From assembly GCA_018822665.1 (NCBI GenBank), contig JAHJJX010000030.1, forward strand, positions 31,073 to 95,072: a DNA stretch of 64,000 bases, given 5' to 3'. Every line of letters begins with the position of its first letter. The first letter of the stretch is position 1. The translations under genes were made by a program, and so were the position numbers. Below, in pieces: positions 53,974-62,347 of this stretch. Origin of the DNA: a bacterium. GTDB taxonomy: Bacteria; Campylobacterota; Campylobacteria; Campylobacterales; Sulfurimonadaceae. The notes under the pieces were generated by a model. The model had not been told where the DNA came from. It saw nothing but the letters and a program-made list of their open reading frames with translations, and did not search any database.

Positions 53974-56145
53974 TTGAAATATGATGTAAATTTAGAGCTA
54001 GAAAATAGAGTTGAAGAATACTCTTTTGGAGAAGTTGCAAAACAGGCGAATGGTTCTGCGTGGCTGAAGTCAGGAAATACGGTCATTCTTGCCGCAGTTG
54101 TTATTGATGAAACCGAAATAGTAAAAGATGATTTTCTGCCGCTTACGGTTCAGTATATAGAAAAATCATACGCATCAGGTAAAATTCCGGGTGGTTTTTT
54201 TAAAAGAGAAACAAAACCGAGTGACTTTGAAACTTTAACTTCTCGTATAGTTGACCGTTCTCTTCGTCCTCTCTTTCCAAAAGGGTTTGGATATCCAACA
54301 CAAATAACTATCTTTGTTTTTAGTGTTGATAGTGAAGCAGATTTACAGGTATTGGCTTTAAATGCCGCTTCGGCAGCTCTTTATGTCAGCGACATTGATA
54401 TTAACACTTCTGTCTCTGCTGTTCGTGCTGCCAAAGTTGATGGAGAGCTTGTACTTAATCCAACGCTTTCACAGCTCAATAATTCAACTTTAGATTTATA
54501 TCTTTCCGGAACAAAAGATGACCTTCTTATGATTGAGATGCGTTCGTTTGGCTCACAAGAGATGCAAATGGAAAATAATTATGTTCTTGACCCCATGATA
54601 GACCCGACTTTAAGCATACAGAGCATAGCGACTCACGTGTCAAATGCGATGCCTGAAGAGGAGTTGATAAAAGTTTTAGAAAAAGCAGAAGCGTTGCTTT
54701 TTGATAGCAATGCCAAATATGAAGAAGTTTTTTCTGCATATAAAAAAGATGTATTAAAACTTGAATACAAAGCGCATATAATAAATGAAGAGATGGTCTC
54801 ATACGTAAGAGACAATCATCTTGATGGCATTAAAAATGCCATGAATAACATGGCAAAATCTGAGCGTTCAACTGCTTTAAGACAACTCAGAAAAAAAATT
54901 ATATTAGAAAAAACTGAGTGGGAAGAGATTGAACTCAAAGATGCATTGGAAAAAGTGAAAAAAGAGCAGGTAAGATCGCAGATACTTCATGAAAGAATTC
55001 GTGCAGATGGAAGAGCTTTAAATGAAATAAGACCTATAACAATCAGTACAAATGTTCTTCCAAGTGCCCATTCTTCTTGTCTTTTTACAAGAGGGGGAAC
55101 GCAGGCTTTGGTAATTCTTACTATTGGCGGACCTAAAGATGCGCAGATGTTTGAAAATTTGACAGACGAAAGCACTCAGAATGAGAACTTTATGGTGCAT
55201 TACAACTTCCCTGGATTTAGTGTAGGCGAAGCTTCTCCTGTTATGGGAACAAAAAGAAGAGAATTGGGGCACGGCAATTTGGCAAAAAGAGCATTGGAGC
55301 CTATTGTTGATTTAGACGGGCAAACTGTTCGTTTGGTATCTGAAGTTCTAGAATCAAATGGCTCTTCTTCTATGGCAACAGTCTGCGGCGGATATATGGC
55401 CCTTCGTGCGGCGGATATTGATACGAATGACACGGTAGCGGGAATCGCTATGGGTATGGTGAGTGAAGACGGAAAATATGCGATTCTTTCAGATATTATG
55501 GGACTCGAAGACCATGATGGAGATATGGATTTTAAAGTAACAGGTTCAAAAGACGGAATTACTGCCATGCAGATGGATATTAAGCTTGGAGGAATCAGTT
55601 TAGCGGTTCTTCAAGAGGCGCTTTATCAGGCAAAAGAGGGCAGAGCGCATATTATTGATATTATGCTTGAAGCTGAGAAAGAGATAGAATTTAACGATGG
55701 AGTGCTTCCAAGTGTGGATTTATTTCATATTGACCCAAGTTTTATAGGTGAAATTATCGGTCAAGCCGGAAAAACAATTCGTGAAATTATTGAAAAATTT
55801 GAAGTGGCAATAGATATAGATAAAAAAGTTGGAAAAGTAAAAGTAACCGGAAAAAATAAAACTGGAGTAGCTGGAGCAAGAGAACATATTGAAAACATTA
55901 TCAATGCTCCAAAACAAGCGAAAATAGAGTATAAAGTTGGAGATAAGTGCAAAGGTGTGGTAAAGAAAATTGTTGATTTTGGAGCATTTATAGGACTTCC
56001 TGATGGTACAGATGGACTTTTACATATATCTAAAATATCAAATGAGAGAGTAGAAAAAGTATCTGATGTCGTAAGTGAAGGTGATGAAATCGAAGTTGAA
56101 ATTTTGGAATTTAAAGGAAATAAAATTTCTTTAGGTCGAGCATAA
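53974..56145 (+). CDS. pnp: Polyribonucleotide nucleotidyltransferase (PNPase)
   Basis: Two RNase PH domains (RADGR, SNGSSSMA), a KH domain (IGQAGKTIREI) and an S1 domain (GDKCKGVVKKIVDFGAFI). Uses a TTG start. Confidence 0.95.
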   Translation: MKYDVNLELENRVEEYSFGEVAKQANGSAWLKSGNTVILAAVVIDETEIVKDDFLPLTVQYIEKSYASGKIPGGFFKRETKPSDFETLTSRIVDRSLRPLFPKGFGYPTQITIFVFSVDSEADLQVLALNAASAALYVSDIDINTSVSAVRAAKVDGELVLNPTLSQLNNSTLDLYLSGTKDDLLMIEMRSFGSQEMQMENNYVLDPMIDPTLSIQSIATHVSNAMPEEELIKVLEKAEALLFDSNAKYEEVFSAYKKDVLKLEYKAHIINEEMVSYVRDNHLDGIKNAMNNMAKSERSTALRQLRKKIILEKTEWEEIELKDALEKVKKEQVRSQILHERIRADGRALNEIRPITISTNVLPSAHSSCLFTRGGTQALVILTIGGPKDAQMFENLTDESTQNENFMVHYNFPGFSVGEASPVMGTKRRELGHGNLAKRALEPIVDLDGQTVRLVSEVLESNGSSSMATVCGGYMALRAADIDTNDTVAGIAMGMVSEDGKYAILSDIMGLEDHDGDMDFKVTGSKDGITAMQMDIKLGGISLAVLQEALYQAKEGRAHIIDIMLEAEKEIEFNDGVLPSVDLFHIDPSFIGEIIGQAGKTIREIIEKFEVAIDIDKKVGKVKVTGKNKTGVAGAREHIENIINAPKQAKIEYKVGDKCKGVVKKIVDFGAFIGLPDGTDGLLHISKISNERVEKVSDVVSEGDEIEVEILEFKGNKISLGRA

Positions 56146-56357
56146 AATACTTTACACATGCCCAAATTTATTTTGGGTGCTATGTAGCTAATTTATTTAT
56201 TTGCATATTTCAATTTAAACAAATATTTAAGACTTTTTAAGTACAATTCGCCCATCAATTTTTTAGTAGGGAAATAGTTGCATTTATGTATCTATTGCTA
56301 TTCGCGAGAATGGTTACGCTAGCCGAACAAATTTTGAAACAATTTATTGGAGAAACT

Positions 56358-56672
56358 ATGAAAAAAATTATTTTCTTAATGGTAGCACTAGCTACTGCTG
56401 CATTCGCAAGTGACGGTGAGGTTGCTAACCAAACTCTTAAAGCTTACTCTATGATCGCTGCTGGTCTTGGTCTTGGTTTAGCTGCTTTAGGTGGAGCTAT
56501 CGGTATGGGTCATACTGCTGCTGCAACAATTGCTGGTACAGCGCGTAACCCAGGTTTAGGTGCTAAACTTATGACTACAATGTTCATCGCTCTTGCAATG
56601 ATCGAAGCACAGGTTATTTATGCACTAGTAATTGCTCTTATAGCACTTTACGCAAACCCGTACTTAGGTTAA
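56358..56672 (+). CDS. atpE: F0F1 ATP synthase subunit c (solitary gene)
   Basis: GLGLAALGGAIGMG...ARNPG...MIEAQVIYALVIAL has the conserved carboxylate Glu. The ATG at 56358 is preceded by GGAG. No other atp genes are adjacent. Confidence 0.85.
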   Translation: MKKIIFLMVALATAAFASDGEVANQTLKAYSMIAAGLGLGLAALGGAIGMGHTAAATIAGTARNPGLGAKLMTTMFIALAMIEAQVIYALVIALIALYANPYLG

Positions 56673-56687
56673 TCTTAAGTACTTCAA

Positions 56688-56705
56688 GCACCTTCGGGTG
56701 TTTTT
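56688..56705 (+). terminator. Intrinsic terminator after atpE
   Basis: GCACC-UUCG-GGUGU followed by UUUU. Confidence 0.55.
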
Positions 56706-56725
56706 ACACCTTTTTTAAAATATAT

Positions 56726-56810
56726 GCGACCGTGGTGGAACGGTAGACACGCTACCTTGAGGTGGTAGTGCCTTACGGGTGTGGGAGTTCAAATCTCCCC
56801 GGTCGCACCA
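56726..56810 (+). tRNA. tRNA-Leu (anticodon GAG), CCA encoded
   Basis: Acceptor GCGACCG/CGGTCGC, anticodon arm CTACC-TTGAGGT-GGTAG, a long variable arm and T-arm GGGAG-TTCAAAT-CTCCC, ending ACCA. Confidence 0.9.
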
Positions 56811-56895
56811 TCTTTGCTATCCATAAAAATTCTATTTTCAACATCCCTGCGCATTAAAATAATCCTAGAATATTCATTAGTATTTCTCATATATT

Positions 56896-56904
56896 TGATA
56901 TAAT
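56896..56904 (+). promoter_or_regulatory. Extended -10 promoter (TGaTATAAT) for the P-type ATPase
   Basis: TTTGATATAATC lies about 40 nt upstream of the ATG at 56945. Confidence 0.45.
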
Positions 56905-56944
56905 CGTTCAATATAAAATAAAATTCTTATGACAGAGGGTTAGA

Positions 56945-59470
56945 ATGCAAATTCCGGAGTATGCCCATTCTTTAAAAGTGGAAGAAATTTTACAGATTCT
57001 TCAGACAAGTTCTAATGGACTTAATGAGAGTGAAGTTCTAAAGCGACAAAAGGAATTTGGTAAGAATATTCTTGAAGAATATAAAGTAAGCAAACTCTCT
57101 CTTTTAGCAGAACAGTTTAAATCACCTCTTGTGCTTATTCTTCTTATCGCTTCGCTTATCTCTTTTGCTGTTGGTAGCTCCGGAGATGCTTTACTCATCG
57201 CTTTTATTGTACTTATAAACACTATTCTTGGATTTTGGCAGGAACTCAAAGCTCTTACATCTATTGAAGCACTAAAAAAAATGACTGAAAGTAAAGTTAT
57301 TGTCATTCGTGATGGGAATGAGATATCTGTCGTTTCATCTTTGCTAATTCCAGGTGACATTATTCATCTGCAAGAAGGAGATATGGTACCTGCGGATTTG
57401 CGTTTAATCAAGGTTGAGGGATTGAGCATTGATGAGTCTGTACTTACAGGAGAATCGGTGCCGGTTAGCAAAGAAGCAGGGATAATTCTTCCAAACAAGA
57501 CTTTGCCATTCGAACTTGATAACATGGCACTCTCGGGAACAGTGGTTGTAAAAGGATCTGCGATAGCCGTAGCGGTATATACTGCACAAAAAACTTATCT
57601 TTCGTCAATTGCACAAAAAGCTCAAGAAAAATCACCAGACAGCCCTTTAAGCAAAGCATTAGCTATCTATACAAAAAAACATCTCATCCTCATTTTTTCT
57701 ACTATAGTGATTGTTGGAATTATTGCTTTATATCAAGGTCGTGACCTTATTGATATTATGATGCTTCTCATAGCTGAAATAGTTTCGGCTATACCGGAAG
57801 GATTGCCTATTGTAGTAACTTTAGTTCTTACTATCGGTGCGATGGCTTTAAGCCGTAAAAATGTGTTAGTTCGCTACTTGCCAACCGTTGAGACGCTTGG
57901 AAGTGCTACAGTGATAGCATCAGATAAAACAGGAACTATCACACAGGGAGAACTTATAGTAAAGGATAGTTTCGCAATTGATGAAACATTTACAAAGATT
58001 GCGGCTGCTTTGGCAAATGAATCAAAAAAAGGCAAAGGTGACCCCATAGATATTGCTCTAGCAGAGTGGCTCGGAGGACGCTATGAAGAGATGAGAGAGA
58101 AGTTTAGACGTACGAGTTTTTATCCTTTTGACACAAAGTATCGTCTTATGGCAAGTGCAAATATTATCCATGATGAACATAAAATAGTAGTAAAAGGCGC
58201 TTATGAATCCTTAAAAGAGTTTGCAAACAATAGTAAAGACTTTCAAAAGCTAGATGCAGTTCACGATGAATTTGCCAAAAAAGGATTAAGAGTTTTGGCT
58301 ATGGGTGTAGGCGATTATAAAAGTGATAACATTGAGACATGGCAGATTGATATTGTCGGATTGGTTGGTTTTTTAGATCCCCCGAAAGAGGATGTGAAAT
58401 TAGCAGTGGAGACGGCAAAAAAATCAGGTATACGCATGATGATGATTACTGGGGATAATGCTTTGACGGCTACTGCAATAGCAAAAGAGGTTGGAATTTA
58501 TGCGGATGGCAATGAAGTATTAAGCGGTCCGGAAATCTCTGAAATGGATGATGAACTTCTTATGTCAAAACTTGCAAACACAACTGTTTGGGCTCGCATG
58601 CTTCCTGAGAATAAATACCGTATTGTAAAATTACTCCAACAAAATGGAGAGATAGTAGCTGTTACCGGAGATGGGGCAAATGATATTCCTGCAATCAAGA
58701 CAGCAGATTTAGGAATTGCTATGGGGAGTGGCTCTGAAGCGACAAAAGCTATCGCTAAGATGATTTTACTCAATGATGATTTATCGGTAATTGTTGAAGC
58801 AATAAGGCAAGGTCGGATTATTTCTGACAATATAAGAAAATCTATTTATTTTTTAGTATCAACAAGTATAGACGAGATTATTTTGATCTCCGGGGCCATA
58901 CTCATGGGATATCCACTCCCCTTATATCCGTTACAAATACTTTGGATAAATCTTGTCGCAGATAGTGCATTGGATAAAACATTCCCTTTTATTAAAGAAG
59001 AAGGAGATGTTATGAATCGTAAGCCTAAGAAGACAGACATGCAATTTTTTGATAAGGTTCAAATAGCACGGACATTATATGCTTCCATTATCATTGGTCT
59101 GCTTGGGCTATGGATTTTTCATACGACCATCCTAACACAAGGATACGACATCGCGGTGTCAACTGTATTTACTGCGATGATTGTAGCTATCTGGGTAAAC
59201 GGTTTACAGTCTTTAAAAGAACATGAACCTTTTTTAAAAAATATTGATACAAGTTTTACAATCAATCCATATTTGTGGTTTGGTATTACTATTGGTATTA
59301 TTTTGCAGGCAGGTATACTTATTTTTGCTGGGGAATGGTTCCATGCTCAGATGCCTGATTTAGAAGCGTTAGTCTCCATTGTCGTTATGGCTGTAAGTGT
59401 ATTTTGTCTTATAGAATTGAGAAAATGGGCTGAATTATGGTACTGCAATAAAAGAAAAACGATTGAATAA
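56945..59470 (+). CDS. Cation-transporting P-type ATPase (P2-type, Ca2+/Mg2+-like)
   Basis: Cation_ATPase_N-like start, TGES, DKTGTIT phosphorylation site, MITGDN, and VTGDGANDIPAIKTADLGIAMG. Confidence 0.85.
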   Translation: MQIPEYAHSLKVEEILQILQTSSNGLNESEVLKRQKEFGKNILEEYKVSKLSLLAEQFKSPLVLILLIASLISFAVGSSGDALLIAFIVLINTILGFWQELKALTSIEALKKMTESKVIVIRDGNEISVVSSLLIPGDIIHLQEGDMVPADLRLIKVEGLSIDESVLTGESVPVSKEAGIILPNKTLPFELDNMALSGTVVVKGSAIAVAVYTAQKTYLSSIAQKAQEKSPDSPLSKALAIYTKKHLILIFSTIVIVGIIALYQGRDLIDIMMLLIAEIVSAIPEGLPIVVTLVLTIGAMALSRKNVLVRYLPTVETLGSATVIASDKTGTITQGELIVKDSFAIDETFTKIAAALANESKKGKGDPIDIALAEWLGGRYEEMREKFRRTSFYPFDTKYRLMASANIIHDEHKIVVKGAYESLKEFANNSKDFQKLDAVHDEFAKKGLRVLAMGVGDYKSDNIETWQIDIVGLVGFLDPPKEDVKLAVETAKKSGIRMMMITGDNALTATAIAKEVGIYADGNEVLSGPEISEMDDELLMSKLANTTVWARMLPENKYRIVKLLQQNGEIVAVTGDGANDIPAIKTADLGIAMGSGSEATKAIAKMILLNDDLSVIVEAIRQGRIISDNIRKSIYFLVSTSIDEIILISGAILMGYPLPLYPLQILWINLVADSALDKTFPFIKEEGDVMNRKPKKTDMQFFDKVQIARTLYASIIIGLLGLWIFHTTILTQGYDIAVSTVFTAMIVAIWVNGLQSLKEHEPFLKNIDTSFTINPYLWFGITIGIILQAGILIFAGEWFHAQMPDLEALVSIVVMAVSVFCLIELRKWAELWYCNKRKTIE

Positions 59471-59569
59471 ATAAGGCTTTTTATTTGTTTTAACGCTACT
59501 ATTTATTACAAAATTATCACATTATAAGTTTTTTGGATACAATAAGCGCTTGAAATTTTAAACAAAGAG

Positions 59570-62347
59570 TTGTGGGTGCTTAAAAAAATACATAATATTT
59601 CTATAGCATATAAAATATATATACCATTAATATTTATTATAATTATTGGACTAAGTATAATAATCATTAACTTTTCTTTAGCTTTAGACAGTATAGAAAC
59701 GAGAGCAAAACTCGATATAAAAAAAGAACTTCAGTCCTATATTAGACAAGAACTCAGCAAAAATTATCAAGTGGCACTGAGTAATGCTATTAACGTGTCC
59801 TTAAATCCAAAAATTATAGATGCATTAAAAAATAATGACAGAGAGTTAGCTTATAAGACTTTGAATAATTTAGGTTCTATTTTTAAAAACTCTACTATAT
59901 TGGATCAAATCAAAATACATATTCATGACAAAAATGCAATAAGTCTGGCAAGAAGCTGGAGTGCGAATGATTACGGAGATGATATTGGAGAATTTAGACA
60001 AAGCTTAAATCTGATTAAGAGAGATAAGCAAGCTGTTTTAGCAGTTGAAACTGGCAGATTAGGGATGATGATTCGTGGAGTTGCCCCAGTTTTGGATGGT
60101 GATGAATTTATTGGAAGCATAGAAATTATCCAAGGATTCGACAAACTGGTCGTTGATTCGAAAAAATCAAATAATTATTCCATCGCGGTATTTAATTGTG
60201 AAGATAATAACAGCGCAGTTAAAAAATTTAAAGAAGAAAAAGTTCTGAAAGGACGGGGTATGGTTCTTTCTCAGGATTTCGATATAACTGATAAACTGTT
60301 TTACGCCACACTAGAAAAAGAATTTGACAAAGATTTGATAATGAAGCATGAACTTGTACAGTTGGGCGAGTACTACGTAGCAGGATTCAAGCTGAGGGAT
60401 ATGAATAAAAAAAGAATAGGCTGTATTTTAATAGCAGCAGATAAAGAACACGTAAATAGATATGTAGAAGATGCAAAAAAGATATTCAAAGAACAAATTG
60501 GAATCATGCTTTTTATAGATATATTAATGTTGATGTTTCTGGTATATATAGTGTCTCTGGCAGTGAAAAATCCTATTTTCAAATTATTGAAAAATTTAAA
60601 ACAGATTAATCAAGAGATAAATCATGGCAAAACACCACTCGAAATATATGAAAACAGTAAACTGCAATATGATAGTCACGATGAAATAGGCTCCATAAGT
60701 CAAAGAATAAATATCTTATTAAAAACTATGTCCAAAACTTTTGTCCAGCTACAAAAATCTCAAAAACATACTTCCGAATATATAAAAGCAATTTATGCAG
60801 GAGGACTTGTTTCCATAAGTGATATAAATGGCGATATAACATACGTGAATGATGAATTGTGCAAAGTAAGCGGCTATACAAGAACTGAATTGATTGGTAA
60901 CGCACATAGTATATTTCGAGATGCAGAGACTCCTAAAAGAACGTATGAAAAATTATGGCAGAGGATTCAATCCGGAAAAATATATAATAATATATTGAAA
61001 AATAAAAAAAAAGACGGTTCAATTTTTTATACGAATGTCACCATTATCCCTATTAAGAATGAAAAAGATGAAATAATAGAATATATAGCTTTTAGGGATG
61101 ATGTAACAGAGCTGATTAACTCAAAAAAAGAGCTTAAAAGAACCTCATCAATAGATGCATTAACAAATTTGGGGAACAGGTTTAAAATGATATCGGACAT
61201 ATCTGAAGATTGTTATTTGGCTATTTTAGATATAGATTGTTTTAAAGAAGTAAATGACTTTTATGGTTATGAAATTGGTGATTTGGTATTAAAAGACTTG
61301 GCAAAGAGGCTTTTTGAATACTTTAATGCTGCGAACATGGAAGTGTATCATCTCAATGGGGATGAGTTTGCGGTTCTTGCAAATAACAACGCTTTGCAGC
61401 AAAGTAATTTTTATGAACTAATAAGAAAATTTATAGCATTAAACTCAATGTACGAATTCTTTTTGAATGACAATACTCAAATTAATGTGAGACTAACCTG
61501 CGGAATTTCTTTTGATGGAAAAAATTTAATCAATTATGCTGATATAGCACATAAACATGCTAAAAAAATAAATAAAGATTTGCTAGAATATACAAATGAA
61601 ATAAATATAGACGAAGAATATAAAAAAAATCTAGAGTGGACGAGTGAACTTAAAAAAGCAATAGATGAGGATAGAATAAAAGCGTATTATCAACCGATAG
61701 TGAATACAAAAACATTAAAAATCGAAAAGTATGAAGCGTTGATGCGGTTGATTAAAAAAGATGGAGAGGTTGTCTCTCCTGCTTATTTTTTGCAAACAGC
61801 AAAAAAAACAAGAATTTATAAAGATTTGACTAAAATAATAGTTACGCAAGCATTTGAAAAGTTTAGCGATAGTGAATATGAACTTTCTATAAACTTGAGT
61901 ATTGAAGATATAATGACTTATGACGTAAGTTCGTGGATTTTTGATTTGGCCAAGAAAAAAAATATACAAAATAGACTTGTTATAGAGTTGGTAGAATCCG
62001 AAGGGATAGAATCTTTTGAGGAAATTGCACAGTTTATTAAGCAGGCCAAAGAAAATGGCATTAAAATTGCAATCGATGATTTTGGCACGGGCTATAGTAA
62101 TTTTGAGTATCTTTTTAAGTTAAATGCAGACTATTTAAAAATAGACGGATCTCTAATAAGCGAAATTGATAAAAATGAAAAATTATGCAGCGTTGTGGAA
62201 GTTATTGTTGCTTTTGCGAAGAAAAATGATATAAAAGTGATAGGAGAATTTGTGTCAACAAAGAAAATTTTTGAAAAAACACAATTTTTAGATATTAATT
62301 ATGCACAAGGGTACTATCTCGGCATGCCCTCGGATGAACTGCAATGA
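59570..62347 (+). CDS. Cache-like sensor / PAS / degenerate GGDEF / EAL c-di-GMP signalling protein
   Basis: TM, then a periplasmic domain with IHIHDKNAISLARSW..YGDDIGEFR (Cache-type motif), TM, an Aer-like PAS, NGDEF in place of GGDEF, and an EAL domain (YEALMRL...DDFGTGYS). Confidence 0.8.
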   Translation: MWVLKKIHNISIAYKIYIPLIFIIIIGLSIIIINFSLALDSIETRAKLDIKKELQSYIRQELSKNYQVALSNAINVSLNPKIIDALKNNDRELAYKTLNNLGSIFKNSTILDQIKIHIHDKNAISLARSWSANDYGDDIGEFRQSLNLIKRDKQAVLAVETGRLGMMIRGVAPVLDGDEFIGSIEIIQGFDKLVVDSKKSNNYSIAVFNCEDNNSAVKKFKEEKVLKGRGMVLSQDFDITDKLFYATLEKEFDKDLIMKHELVQLGEYYVAGFKLRDMNKKRIGCILIAADKEHVNRYVEDAKKIFKEQIGIMLFIDILMLMFLVYIVSLAVKNPIFKLLKNLKQINQEINHGKTPLEIYENSKLQYDSHDEIGSISQRINILLKTMSKTFVQLQKSQKHTSEYIKAIYAGGLVSISDINGDITYVNDELCKVSGYTRTELIGNAHSIFRDAETPKRTYEKLWQRIQSGKIYNNILKNKKKDGSIFYTNVTIIPIKNEKDEIIEYIAFRDDVTELINSKKELKRTSSIDALTNLGNRFKMISDISEDCYLAILDIDCFKEVNDFYGYEIGDLVLKDLAKRLFEYFNAANMEVYHLNGDEFAVLANNNALQQSNFYELIRKFIALNSMYEFFLNDNTQINVRLTCGISFDGKNLINYADIAHKHAKKINKDLLEYTNEINIDEEYKKNLEWTSELKKAIDEDRIKAYYQPIVNTKTLKIEKYEALMRLIKKDGEVVSPAYFLQTAKKTRIYKDLTKIIVTQAFEKFSDSEYELSINLSIEDIMTYDVSSWIFDLAKKKNIQNRLVIELVESEGIESFEEIAQFIKQAKENGIKIAIDDFGTGYSNFEYLFKLNADYLKIDGSLISEIDKNEKLCSVVEVIVAFAKKNDIKVIGEFVSTKKIFEKTQFLDINYAQGYYLGMPSDELQ